Positions 12,601 through 27,600 are shown, counted from the first letter of the whole stretch. The stretch: 63,120 nt of DNA, filler included, from Phoronis australis (GCA_002633005.1; 5 parts of 5 records of this genome joined end to end with filler, not necessarily neighbours in it); one strand, 5' to 3'. Notes: generated by a model not told the origin, from the sequence alone. Translations and numbers: made by a program.

Positions 12601-15600
12601 TTGGGCTTAATCGCAAGACTTATTCCACCGTCATGTTGCTGGTCACTAGAGGGAGCTGATGTAGGCGCTGTGGTGGATTTAGTCGCAAATTTCTTATTGG
12701 CAGCGCGTTTGATTTTCTTTCCACCCACTCCGTACATTTGTATGGACGTGATTGGAGAGGATGGTTTATCGTCGGTACTGTTGTCGTCTGCACTGGGTGC
12801 GTAGCTAAAAGGGTTGTCCTGGTAACTAGCCATCTGAAGGTACAAGAATAACACATTCAACATGTTTGGAAGACGTAACAACGGGTTATATTAGCCATCT
12901 GAATGTGCAAGAATAACGCATTGTTCAAGGTGTTTGGATGACGTGACAACGGGTTATACTAGCCATCTGAAGGTACAAGAATGTTCATTACATTTGGATG
13001 ACGTGATAACGGGCTATACTAGCCATCTGAAAGTACAAGAATAACACGTCGTTCAACATGTTTGGATGACGTGATAACGGGTTCTACTAGCAGGCACTAA
13101 TATTAAAACTACTTCAACACAATCCATCGAGATGCCTAATGGAAATTTCATTCTAGTTCTTTAACACAATGGTTCCTCCCAGACATGAGTGGATTAGCAG
13201 AAAATGCCTTCTAAACAAGTGAATTATGTCTTGAATGGACACTGTATTTCTGAAACTGTCAGGTTACTGCACACTATTCTCAGTTTGCGTTCTATTAGCG
13301 CGGTGATTAGCGCTGGTGTGGGATACTGACAACTCATAAATTACTGGTGTTACCAAGCGCACCGTGGAAAATCAACAATATTTTACAAAACATCCAACTA
13401 TTCTATTAAAACAACACACCTGAGTGCTTATCTCCTCCCCTTCATTCTCAAGGTCAAGGTCACCAAATCCAACTTCACCGAGCCCATTAGACATCGGACT
13501 ACCTTTGGTCAAACTGTCCGAAGTGTCTTTCTTTAAGACCAGAGGCGACTTCTTGTCGCCCATTTTAAATGCTGGTGCTCCAGCAGACATCTTCTTCATT
13601 TTTGACACGGACATGGCTTCTTGAGCCCTGTCGAAGGCTTCTTGGACAGATTTAGCCTGAAAGCAGCATATGCAGTCCAATGTGCTGTTGACAGAAGACT
13701 ATTGTATTGTATGCAATTCTCAACATTATTCTGACAATGACATAGAAGGATTAAGTGACAATGTGTGGTACTGGACCTTCGTATTGACAAGCTTGAACAA
13801 GTAGATTTGAAATACGGTACTTCTGTATACTTTTCCCTCACTCAGAATTAGCTCGTCTTCCTCTAACAACGCGTAACGTGAACTAAGTAAACTTGTAGCG
13901 GTGTTGCCCAACGACTACAATGGTTTTGAAATAAACTAGGCAGATATCGAGAGAATTGATATATTCGTCTTGTAGGAATTATTGGGCAGTTTGGTATAAA
14001 CGTTTTCGAAATAAACATAGTGTTTTTATTGGAGTTTAAAATGACGTTGTTGCGCCTAGCCGCTCGTTGATTATTTATGCCAGGGACTTGTGCAACATGT
14101 TGTGGCGATGTCAGCAGCATATGTAAAGATTTAATCAGAGCTTAAACCGACTCTGTTTGAAAATAATGGGTATTTAGTTGCTCTTTTGTGCACCAAAACT
14201 CAAAATTCGACGTTGTACAGCTATTTGAGTCCTACTGACTAACACATGCAGGGCCAGAATGGCTTTTACCTTGGCCGCTTCTTTGGCTTTGGACTTGGTG
14301 TCAAGTGCACTCTTGTTGGCAACTGCATTGGACATCATCATGCTTCCCATTGCTCCACGAAGTTCTGGAAATTATAAAGGGTACCCTGTCTGAGTGAGGA
14401 CTACTACTGCTGTATATGTACCCTGTCTGAGTGAGGACTACTGCTGTGTATGTACCCTGTCTGAGTGAGGACTACTGCTGTGTGTGTACCCTGTCTGAGT
14501 GAGGACTACTGCTGTGTATGTACCCTGTCTGAGTGAGGACTACTGCTGTGTGTGTACCCTGTCTGAGTGAGGCCTACTGCTGCTGTGTGTGTACCCAGTC
14601 CAAGCGGGGCTCTATTACCGCTATGTACATGTAGGCCTATGTTCCCTGTCTGATTGGCGACTACTACCGCTGTGTATATATCCTGTCTGAGAGTGCGGTC
14701 TACTACTGCTGTGTACATGTATATACCTCGTCTGAGTGGAGTCTACTAGTGCTGTACATGCACCCTGTCTGAGTGGGTCGACTGTTGGTTTGTACATGTA
14801 AATACCCTGTCTGAGTGGGTTCTACTACTGTTGCATGTTTATGTACGGTGTATGTGTGGGGTCTACTGCTGCTGTGTACATCAGTGTAAATACCCTGTCT
14901 GAGTGGGATGTACTACTGCTGTGTAAGTACCCTGCCTGAGTGAGTCTACTATCGCTGTGTACGTGTAAATACACTGTCTGATTAGGGTCTACTACTGATA
15001 CGTCAGTACCCTAAATGAGTGGGTCTAGTACCCTGTGTGCATGTAAATGTCCTGTCTGAGTGAGGTCTACTACTGCTGTGTAAGTACCCTGTCTGAGTGG
15101 GGTCTACTACCGCTGTATACATGTAATTACACTGTCTGAGTGGGGTTTGCCACTGTTGAGTATGCACCCAGTCTGAATGCGAACTACTTCCTCCCTATCT
15201 CAGTGCGAACTGCTGCCGATGTATATCGTTATTTGTCTGACAAACACATCCGTTGGACCCTGCGTACGAGTGAACAACTACCCGCAGTGTGTATGTTGAT
15301 TAGTTTGAAAGACGCATTAGGACCAAAACTGTAAGGCAGAATACATGCCGAAAAGAGACTCGGTCATAGTGTATTTAAATTGCTTGGTTTCTTAGTGCAT
15401 CAAGTCGAACTGCACACGGTCAGCAGAGATTTTACAAGCCGGTGGTTGATCACCATGTATGTTCATGTATGTGATGAAACATTTACGGAAGGATATAAAG
15501 TGACAATTTAATGAAGTATAAAGGGACATAAGAACGCTTACGACTGAAAGCATCATCAAATTCTTCTTCTGATGTAGCGTTCAGGTTTGCCACATCATCC

Positions 15601-18600
15601 GCCATGTTACCCATAGTGCCTGCTGCTGCCACCTGTCGAACAATAACCAATGAAAGTTATAGTTTCTTACTCTTTCTGTATTAAGTTTATCGAATGCATT
15701 TCTTAAAGATTTTGGAGTGTTTGTCTTTAAAACTTCATAAAACAAGTTTGGAAATATTATAGGAAACAACCAACCGCTGTGCTTGCATCAACAGAACTGA
15801 CCTCGGATTCTGCCGAAATCTCATCCTTTTGCTTCGTGACTGCGCTCATGGCTGATGCCGACTGCATTACTTCCGCTGTAGACGTCTTGGGTTTATAGGT
15901 CTTATTCATGGACTCAACGATGTTGTTTCTCACTTGGGACGATGTTCCTTTGTTAACTGCTCCATCTTCCCCTTCCTGCAATTGCATGTGATCGTTACGT
16001 AAATCACGTGGTAAATATGGTGTTTCTAGGAAACCTTAAAGGTCCTAAACAATTTCACACAAGAATCAAATGTCGTTTTATCTACTGTAAGTAAGTGTCA
16101 AACGGGGAAACACATGTAATTCACAAAGGTGTCACACAGCTGCATTTATATTGATTGCGAAACTTTTACCCCCGGCACGTACATGTGGATTTTTACATGA
16201 AGTATAGTTTGGTTAATAATTAGTGATTATGTAACTGATGAGTTTTGTAACCAGTTTTAACATACTAATGCCAGATTCCAGTACGTATCTAAATACACGA
16301 GGATGTAAGAAGCTATATGAGGATGTGAGAGGCTATATGACACGCCAAAAAGTAAAATACAGACATTCTGAATTCGTGAATTGCCTTGGAAGCTGTTGTA
16401 GTATCGTATTACTATGTAGCGTAGTCATACATTGCTGTGAATGAAGTAGTTCTCTCGGTACTTAGTCTTCAAATATAAACCTATTGTTCTAAACCTGGTG
16501 TCTTCATTATCGCCTCAAACCGGCCAGATAATACTTCATGGTGGCAACGGTAAAAACACAATCATACCTGTGATTGCCAGGACCGATGTTGTGCAAATAA
16601 ATGGACTTTGGAGAAGTGCAGAAACTAATTTTCGTGCATCTACCGGGAGCCGGACAACGTGAAGCCGCGACGCGCCCTTGTCTGCAAACCCTATCGTACC
16701 TGTCCGTCAACCAGCAGACGTAAGTGCAAGAAACAACTGTTCTGAACGGACAATCGGTATTCAGTGATCATTATACTACCAACGTTTTATTCCTGTCCGA
16801 GGATAGGAGAAACACGGAATTCATTGTCACGCGGACTGACACCTAATCGCCATTGTCTCTCGCAGACTGTGCCTGAAATTTGTCACTCCCACATTCCCAG
16901 ACGACCTATAATTAGATCAGTGCAAGTGACCGTCTGCGACCTCTGTGCCTGTGACATTTGACNTTGATTTTTAACAATTAATATGAATCACCATAGAGCT
17001 GACAATGCCCATAATCTTCTGACAAGCCGCCTGAGGGTTTGACTCCAGTTCACTCCCCACATCGTCTGTAGCGCTCTTAAGTAATTCAGCCTTCTTCTCG
17101 TCGCTAAGACCAGCTAACGGGTTCAGAACCTATATTAAATATGTAACAACGTTTACGTCAAGCCCTATGGCAAACATAGCAATGTTGAGTTTGATAACCA
17201 CGATTTTCATTATCAAAATAGTCAAAACCTCTTATTACAATGATGGTGATCACGTCCCGTTCATACATTGTTGGTTCAGTCGAAGGTTTATAGCTGTTCG
17301 CGGTATTCCAACATGAACCGTATCCAAATGAACTCAAAGTCTGAGAACGCGTGTGCAAACACGGCAGTAACACGAATGTTCGGCAGTGAAGTCTCGGAAG
17401 GCCATGCAGGTATCACAAGGCACTGGGACCCATCATTATTGGTGATCCTTACAAACCGTGTACACACCTTGGTGGCCCTCTCGCATATTCCTTCGACAAT
17501 TCACCACATATCACCGAGGAACGTATTACCATGATCTTATACAATCCATAGTCAACCGCTAAGAATCCGAAATGAACAAAGAGGACTGTGTGCAACCACC
17601 AAAAATAAATTTGTCCAGTTGTGGTGAGTTTTCATGGCAGTTTGAAATAGATGGCGCGCAATAGCTTTCATGGAGGAGAAAATGTCGGAATATCCGAAAG
17701 AACATCATTTTATCGCCATCAACCGGAAGCGAAACGAAGCAAACGGCGTCTACTGAGAAGCGTAAAAGCAGCCAATGCCGGGTTTATAAGGAGTAAAGAG
17801 GACTCCGGGCCCAATCTTGTCAAAGAAAACAAAGAAGTAGTAACAGTTGATTTCATCATCGAGGTTCCTCTTTCAGGATCTATTATTTCCACAAAACTAA
17901 CAAAAGAACAGCGCTTATTGTATGTTCCATGCCCTCCCCCTCTTCGAGAAGCCACCCCTCCTAATGAACAGATCTAAAATTGAAAAAAAAAACGCAACAT
18001 GTGGTGTCATGTTGAAATGAAAGAATATGTCGTCTCCAAAACAGAAATAAAGCAAAAATTGATAAAAATCTCCAATTACTTGAACACACTTTTTGAATAA
18101 AATTTAACAAAAAAGATGTGTACATTCATAGCAAAGGAACGGTAACTATGTCCTGACCGCAATTCATTCGATATAAATGGATGCTTGCTGTCTTCTCAAA
18201 TTAGGACTGACTTGTGCCGAAATGTCCATGGTGTAAACATAGAAGTCTCACCCACGCTCTTTTGATACAATTCGTCATTTTTCTTACGACGTATATTATT
18301 ACTATATGTAGAAGTGTACATGACGATGTCACACGTAAATGGACGAACTTTGTATCAAATGAGCATGGTCTCATCAGAATGCCAGAATGCAAAGGATTAG
18401 GCCCACCAAAATATCGTGAACCGACATATGAACCGGCAACGACTGAAGGTTATCATAGTAAAATAAAACTCAAAGAAATCAGGTAAGATGTGAATGAAGG
18501 ATTTGCCAAACTCACCTGAGTTTCAAATTCTACTGTATTAGCTGTACCATATTTGTCCATAACCATGACAATCACATCAACTGAATAGTTGAATTCCTTT

Positions 18601-21600
18601 GCTCCTACAGGAAGCGATAAAGGATACGCTACTGGACCGCCTTCTTTCAAGAGAGTCAACTTGGACTGTCCTCTTGCTCTTGAATACACACGGTAAGTCG
18701 GCTCCTCGTCACAACCAAAATCTTCCGCGCGGAGCTTGTCTCCTTCATCCGTCCATCCGCTGCACTCGACGCTAAAGGAGGTGTTTAAAGCGACACCTAG
18801 AAAGTAAAATACGTTTTAGAAATAGTATAAATTTTCAGGTCCTCAAATTACAGTGTACTTCATACATAGATTCGCCAGTTTGTGTTAATTGCATTCACAA
18901 AGGTTAATCTTGTGCAAGACACTACCGATAAGTTATGTTATCAAACAAGCACATGTACTACCTATACAGCATGCAGCAAAACTGCAAACGTTGTGAAACA
19001 TTGGTTCCCATAATTAACACCACGGATGTCCATGCAATAGTATAATAAAATGTAAACATCCGCAAGTTGTGTTCATTCTCAGAAAGGTTGACCCAGTAAA
19101 TCATTTTGAACATCAAAAAGAAGTAACCTTGGTAACTTCAAGAATACATGCACCTGACGTACATGTAAGTAAGGCGTGCGAGAGGTACATTTCATGGTGT
19201 AAGCCATGCTTACAATAGGAACACTTGTCTTTCGTTACAAGCTTCGCCAAAAATTTAAGGGGACTAAGTGATCGCTGTCTTCGATATCTAACAAGAACTT
19301 GCCTGTGGTCGGTTGTACTGTGCAACTACCGCCAGACGGAGGCACGTTAGCTATGAAGTTGTACTCCACTCTTCCAGTGGCGTTTGCACTGATGCTGTCC
19401 AATAAAACTTTATATTGCTTGCCGCCGACGAGCGAGTTGGGTTGAATGTGTAGGAGGTCTCCTGGTGGGTCAATAAGAAAGTCGAATGATCAACACCAGT
19501 CAACTTGGATATTTCAATTCAAATAGAAATAAATTAATTGACCAAAAGTATACGTAGTGCAAGTTGGTTGCTGTAATGGCATGCAATAAACACCATGGGC
19601 CAACCGTCTCTCGAACCATCGTCCCTATGTCACTTTCAAGGAATTTTCTATACGAAAAACGTAAATTTACAGAAATTAGCATTGCAGTAGTATGGATTCG
19701 AAAAATATCACTTTAAATTAGAGGTACTCAAAAATACAAAATTCGCATACTTTTGAAAATTAGCAAACCCGGGAATATAATTAAATACAATTAAACATAA
19801 ATCGAATTTATTACTTTTCTAAACAATTTCAATCATAAATTTGATGAAAGGTGAATTAGTTGAAATGAATCGGAACGTGTGGATAGCTTTCACTTTGTTT
19901 TGTTACCTACTACTGACACAACGATCAGATGGAATTCAGAAATTCATTCAAAAATATCTGTTCGGTGTAAACGCACCGCGACAGGTGAGTTTTAACTTTT
20001 TATGGATTGATATGGAGTTGAAGGATAACTGGCCTTTGACTTTTTCTTAGTAAAATTTCTTCAATTGCTTCTGACTTATTAGGTAGTTCAGTAAAGTCAG
20101 AGTGACGACACATATTATTTTCTATCTATTTCACAGCAAGAACTACAGGTGAGACAGGATCCCATTATTCAACAAAATGAATGGTAAAATTATTGGTAAC
20201 TTTTGATAATTTTAGTGTTTTTAGTTCAGTAGATATTTGGTTGTACGGATCCAGAGAAAAGGTTCGTGTGGGTGGTTTGTATCCCATGATAGCAGAAGGC
20301 GATTGTACAGTGTACATGTAACTAGTGCATGGAAACATTGATAAGGTAAGTAGCCTCTGTCACGAGTAATCCTATTGAAAACATATGTATTTACCTTGTG
20401 TGGTTAGGTTCAGACCTGAAGCTTCTGACAGCTGGTTACTGGTGCCAGATGTTTCCAATATCTTCCATTCCCACTGCAAGTCCTCTGCACAGAATTCTGT
20501 ACATATTGCCTGAAGGGTCATGATGAGGCTTGGGTTGGCCTTAGCGTTACAGTTCTTGATACAACTGGGAATAGGTTAGACACCATCATGATATTCTGCC
20601 AACAGTCACACACATAGAGCAGGTGCAACTGACAGTTTACATACAAATAATGCATGAATGACGTCATTAAGGAAGAGTAAGTGGAGTTACAATAACCAGG
20701 CAATAGCCAGACAATAGCCAGGTAATAGCCAGACAATAGCTAGACAATAACCAGGCAATAGCCAGGTAATAGCCAGGCAATAGCCAAACAATAGACTTAA
20801 AAGTAGGTTTCTTATTTCTATTGTGCTGATTCTTGATCAAATAAGTGATAAATGGAAGCGCACGTGACCAGAAAGGTCCACGACTGGGAGGCTTATATCT
20901 GAACTGGAGATGGAACAATCTGTTGTTGGAATCTGATATTTTGTATTTAGACTCAAACCTACAGTATAGCAAACATGATGGGTCATCAAGTACGACATTC
21001 ATCCACACAAAGGACAGTACGTATTTGTTGACAATTTGTTCTAAAGATAAAGACAGAAAAATGTGTAAAAACGAAAGCGCTTTAGATGACATTGACGACA
21101 ATGATTGTTAATGATGTTAACAAAAATAATTATAAGAAATACAGTATTGTGAACAAGTTAATTTTAAATTACTTGTTCTAATTAAATTGACAGAAGCAAA
21201 ACTTTATTTTTGAGTCTCAAAATTGGGGCCCCCTATACCAATATGAGGGCTCTGCCCGAAGACCACCAATAGAGGGGCCACCTTATCATATCCTTTATCA
21301 GTATAAGGGCGGCGGATTTGACGGCTTCCAGGTTGGTCCATATATATTAATATAAGAGGGCCCGCTTCTAGCCACCTTCAGGTAGGCCCCCTATATTAAT
21401 GCAAGGCTCCCAGTTTGGAAACTTGGAATTGGATATCTTTTCTTAGTAATTTTAATAAGACAAGGCCGTTTAAATTAATAAGCAATCAGACATTCACTTC
21501 TATTGTCCTATTCGTTCTGTGTCGGCCATCCGGGTATTCTCAATAGAGGCGATGACAAAAGTATGTGTAACACGTTTTCCTGAGCGTTTATATGACTTTC

Positions 21601-24600
21601 CGCTGTTACGTAAATACACTCGTCTACAGAACAATAATTATAGCGGGGTAAACGTCGTTCCAAGATTACCATTTATCTGTAATTTACTAAAGGTGACACA
21701 AAAGTCGGTCGTTTGTCGTTTGAAGCCGACTAATATTTCTAAAGTTAGAATTCACTGTCATTTGAAAGGTCATTCACTCCATGGTGATTTCCCAGACACA
21801 GACATCTTGATCATAGCTTACAAACAGGTACTGCCACGCAGATACTTTTAATATCACCATCGAAAGATGTGGCGCCTGTCAATCTCAAATGGAATGCCCC
21901 ACCTTTATGGTCTTTTTGGGATGAAAGGAAACACCAAGGAATGGAATGTTTTAGACATTGTTTTGTGGTAGGCTGACATTTCTGGAGTTTAGGTGCTTAG
22001 TATGGAGAAAATGTCCATTAAGCGAGATTTTTACTGAATGCATGTGTTGAACTTACTTGCATGTGATTCGCTGTGTGATTCCTTCTATCACCTCGACTGT
22101 CTGTGTGAAGACAGCCTTACGCTTGTCTTTTCGCATTTCCACAGTGAATGAGTAAGTCGAGTTTGACTTCAGTACGTGAGGCGCGACGGTGAATATCCCG
22201 CGCTTTTCCACAAGTCTTTCACCAATACCATTTACTTTAATGGCAGGTCCTTCGCTCCCCGCTAAGTCGCACGAATCTGAAAAGTCGGCAAGCTCCTTAC
22301 CGCTTACTCCAGTAGGATGCAGCCTGCGGCAATACCATGTGAAGTCCATGCCGGTCTTATTGTCCACTTCAACATCAGGATCAACGGACATGTCCATGGC
22401 GTTCAGAGTAAAGTTGTTCTGAGTAGAAACTCGAACGAACGGGCCACCGACAATAGCTGTCTTTACGCTTGAAGATGTTATTCTGAGATACATCTGTCTT
22501 CGTGTAGACACATTGTAAGGACTCACAGTCACCTCTACAGTGAGACGGTGCAGTTCAATTTCCAAGCTAGATTTTGGAAGCTTTATTTTGTTATCATCTG
22601 GCCCGGATGTTGGCATGCTGGGAAGGCTTATTCCATAAAACGTCTCATTTTGGGGATCGAAACGTTCTAGTCTCCAGGTGTAGGAAACACCTGAGGAGTT
22701 GGGGCAAATTTGGTGAAGTTTTGCGTTGACCTGCAGGGGGAAGCACACAGACCGCACGCTTTGATAGGGATCAGCAAACGAGTTACGGTTGACGCCTTTG
22801 AAGGCAACGGTTGGCGGATAACAGTTTATTTTATCTTCTGGTTTGTACACCACGACATCATTGGTTGTGTAATCTTCCGATACAAGGTTGATTAGGCGAA
22901 CAGTAACTCGGTAGTCGCCGACAGATTTATATGTATGTTTATGACTTAGCTTTTGTGGTATCTTATTCAAGAATACATGATAACAGTTAGATTTGCATGA
23001 AGATCCAAGAATGTTCTTCACGTGAGGAGTGGAAGTTGATTGGTCATTGTAGGTGGCGCTTGTTGACAATACTTTCGGCGTGCTTACATTTTCAAATGAG
23101 ACAGCTTCATAAGAATCCTTCCCAGTTGTTATTGTTGCACTAGTCGTCACAGATCCGCTATTTGAGCTACTTGGTTTATGTGACTGAGTGCTGCTCAAGG
23201 ACATGCTTATTTTATCAAATACAGAAGTAGAATCCAGCGAAGATAATGACCTAGGTATAGTAGTTGTATACACAGCCGTGTTACTATGAGTAGAGGTGTC
23301 AAGTGACAGCGACATGTTTGCGGCACTTGATGTTTTATCTGTTTCTAAGTCAACATACCTAGATACATTTAATGACCGACAAATGTTGTTTCCATACACT
23401 GTCCATGGACTTCCGTCTCCGAAGTCCCACACAACGCAGCCATCTTGTATTTCATTTCCCAATGTAACTACGGCTGTGTAGGGTGAATCCACAACTAATA
23501 ACCGGTCTAAAGTCAGCTTCTTTATCTTTGCAATTTGGTGTACACGCACTACTTTCACTGCACTTCTGCTGTCCACCATGTTCCAAAGTGTTATCGAAAA
23601 ATTCCTCAGACCACTCTGCTCAAGCACATATTTCAGGCCGCACTCGGCGGTACTTTGTACAGCGAAGGTCTTTACAACACCGTTTGGGAGCCGCCACGAA
23701 GAGGTCAGGTTTGAGCCTGAAGAGTATCCGCAGGCCCAGTGCGTCTCAACACCCATTTGAAATTGCGGGATTTCTGGCTCTGGGTTCTTTAAAAGGAGAT
23801 TAGTCGGCTCCATTGTTTCAATTTTCAATCCTTGAATCGATTCACATGCGATGACTTGTGCTGAAACGCTGGCTTTATTTACACGATTCCATAGAACAGC
23901 TGTTACCTGAAATACACCCACACTATAATTGTGGCGGAGGGTTATGTTACTGGTGAAGTTGAAATCTGTGAGCGTTGCCAGTTGATTGTCACCAAAGAAT
24001 ACCGTGGCGTTTACCCTCTGTGGTCTCTTTGCCGTATCTTTGGCCGAGATCTCGATTTCAGCTTCTTGGTCGGGTAATCGGACAGGAGAAGACGCATGTA
24101 TAACAACATGTGTAATTTTGTGTTGTACAACTATGGTCGTGCTCGTCTCCGAATAGCCTAGTTTGTTAGATACCACAGCAGAGATCACAAAAGTCCCTTC
24201 ACTGTCGTAACTGTGTTGAAAGGTGGCAATGTGTTTCGAGCCGAGACGCTCTTGGAGTCGTCTGTTGTCACCGAACTTCAAATTGAGTTGAAGGTCTGTT
24301 CCCGTCAGCATGGAAATGTTCAAATTAAACCATTCGCCAGGTTGCAAGGCCGCGATGCGAGGTGTTATAGTCAGACCAAGTATGCCTTCTTGACAAGTAA
24401 TTGATATGGTAGAACTAAAATTACTGACACGATTAAATGCAAAGAGTTTTACATGTGTTTCCTTCCCTGCAAACAGTTCACTGAACACGTGTGAAAACGT
24501 TAATGGATGCTGAGAGTCGAATGCTTCTGGCAGGTCTAAAACCTTAGTCTTAGCTTGTTCAAAATACACGCGTATTGTCACCCCCGTAGGAATAGACACA

Positions 24601-27600
24601 CCTTCGTTTACGCCAAGAGTAAAGTTCGCCTTCCCTGGTGGCACATTTATCAGGTTAGTGCCATTGAAAAACAATTGCTCAATTGGGTTTTCAACAACTA
24701 CCGCTTCGGTGGTAAATGCTTCGTGAGAGGAAACCAGATTATTGCAAACTGAGCGAGGATGATAGTTACCCACAGTGATGTATTTGTGTCGGTAAGTTAT
24801 CAGGCCGTTTTGTGCATGCTCATGCGAATGCATTTCTGTTTGATTTGTACCATCTCCATAGAAGACCGTACACGATATATTTGTTCCGCTCCGTGCGCTG
24901 AGTGAGAATTCAACAATGTCGTTTGTCGCCAGCGAGAACCTGGACGGTATCAATTTTATTCCTGTCACGTCAGCTAGCACTGTCACGGTGAGATTAGTTG
25001 TCGCGTGGCTGATCAGGTTAGAGCAGTTGACAATAGTTGTTCTTCGTCCAACGTCATTTACGGACAACTCATAAGTAAGGTCGTGCGAGAGTCCATTGGA
25101 CAGATTGGGAGACCATGCGGTCGAGGTGGAACCGTTTCCAAAGTGCCACGAGCACGTGACCTCGGAGGGTGGGAAGTCTCTTTGAGCAGTCAAAGTCATC
25201 ACCATGGTTCCTTCCGAAAGGGACACGAGGGATTCTCCTGTGACGACTAAATATTTGAGCTCGTTCTGAACGATGATTGGACGTCGATATATCTTTGACT
25301 TTTTAGTACTTTGGTTTGAAGCACTCACATGCACCGTGTAACGTCCGGGTTTTTTGTAAACGTGTTCAGTCTTAACATTGTTTCGGTAAGACTCGATTGA
25401 AGTCGAGATCAGTTTCCTAGAAACGCCGTCACCAAAATTTATGACGTAAGTCACGTGAGAACCTGTGGCGATAGAAATTGTAAAAGTCACAGACCCGTAC
25501 GTTTCAATCACGCGCTTGTCAGCTGTGACGTTAAGATCGCTTATTTCTTCTTCCATGTCTGCCAAAATGTCTAGTAATTGATAACTCACCAAATTGGAGC
25601 AATTGACGATGGTATTAATGACACCAATACTTTTGCGCGTATAAATTTTTACATGGTTGAGTACATGATGGAGAGAAAAGCCTGAAGCATCGACAGTTTC
25701 ATTGGTGCCGTCGCTATAGACCCATGTACACTGAACCGCAGTCGGCGGCGCGGTCGTATTGTCTGTATTTATTTTGACGTGATGTTCACCTGGTGGAAAC
25801 ACAATCAACTTATCATAAGTTGCCTCGAGAGTTGTAATTGGGTTCTGGACTACGACAGGTTTCAGGATTTTCCCGCCATTGTAGGAAACCTGATTTGACA
25901 CGGTGACACTTACATTGTAAAATCCGGCCTCCAAATACGCATGGTGAAACGCTATGACTTCATCTGTTAATATCCTACGATTGAATATTTGTGATGAGCA
26001 AGTACTATCTCCAAAACAAACAGTGATGTTCACATGCGACCCTCTTCCTAGCATCACCTCAAACTTTGTTTTAGTGTTGGTTTTACAGGTGTCGCCCTCG
26101 TTTCTAATGGACACGTCTGTTACGCGTTCTTCAACTTTGATGTGTTGCAAGACTTCCATCCGGGTGACAATGTTATGACAATCCACGCGGACAGTGTTTA
26201 TGCCAATGCTACTCTGTGTGTAGCTATGTTCATGAACAAAGAGGTGTGACTCTGTTTCCTTCACATTAAGCGTTTCCTTCTCCGACCCATCACCTGGGTC
26301 TATCGTGCACACCAAATCAGTGGGAAAAAACATGTCCGTGTTTATTCTTAGGCGTATCTCTGCCTTGTTGTCAGGAAACGCTACTGGACTGTTTGTCGAC
26401 ACGGTAAGGTTGTGGATTCCATTCTGCACATCTACAATGGTTGTGGCGTTTTCAACATTGATTCCGTTATCAGCGAACACAGACACATTGTAAGTTCCGG
26501 CTGCCTTGTAGATGTGCTGTTTCGAAAAAGTGAGTCTAGCACCAACCGAATCCTTGGATATGTTCGTCTGTTCTTCTATAACTGTACCGTCGCCAAAGTC
26601 CAATTTATAACTTGCCCCGGTACCATTACCCATTACCGTCAACAAACACGCCGTGTTTGTTTCCACAACCATAGGATTCACTTCGATTCTTAGAGCTTTG
26701 ATTTTTTCCACCACGAGTATTTCTGCACCGTAAATTTTTGAGACGCTGACGAGATTGGAGCAATTGACGTGGATGTATACTTGTCCAATGTCCACTAGCC
26801 GTGCCTGAAAGGAGACGCGATGTGTTTTGCCTGCCGTCAACGTTCCTACGAAGGTGCTACGCGGGGGACGTGAGGAGTGATACCATGTACAGTGTACGTC
26901 TGTTGGGATTGGCGTATTGTCTGCCTTTAATTCACAGTTGGCGACTCCGTCGGGGAATTGAACCTTCTCTGTGCATGTCAAGCTGTAGTCTCCTATTGGA
27001 TCTTGTACTACTAGCGGTGAGCCGACATCTGCTTTTTCTTCAGAAACAAGATTTTTGGCAGCAATTGCGGGTGTGAAGTTCCCAACCTCGACGTACATGT
27101 GCTTAAAGACCATGTCTTTGGTGTCAACTAGCAATTCCGGATGCGCTTTATTGTCGTAATGGCCATCGCCGAAGGTTAAATTGAAATTAACCGTGGAACC
27201 TGTTCTTGCGGACACGAAGAATTCGACCGTCTCCCCACGTTTCGCAATAAGCTTCTTGGGCACGATGCGTAACACCGTAATTGTTTCTGTCATTGTCGCA
27301 TTCACCGTAAGAAGCTGATGACTGACCAGATTTGACACGTTTGCAGTTACTGTAAAGTCACCAACGAAAGAGCGGTTGAATACTTTTGAAATTTCATAGG
27401 TGCCACTGCTGCTAAGAGACGCTGCGTACGTCATCTCGAAGACTCCGTGAGAGAAGTTCCACACCACATGCACAGCACTGGGGCGCATGGTTGCATTTCC
27501 TTTATGCACTATTCGGAACTTCGTCTTTCCGTCAGGATAAACAATAGGATAGCTTACAACCATGTCAAGAAGACTGACGGGGTTCTGAATCACCATCTGC

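Noticed and set aside
14381-15180. 34-bp array as a CRISPR array
   Set aside because: Head-to-tail degenerate tandem units without spacers.
17268-18486. Plus-strand ORFs in polycystin introns, including 18214-18486 ending at AG|GTAAGA
   Set aside because: No recognisable family; a stop directly follows the nearest acceptor and no consistent phase chain could be built.
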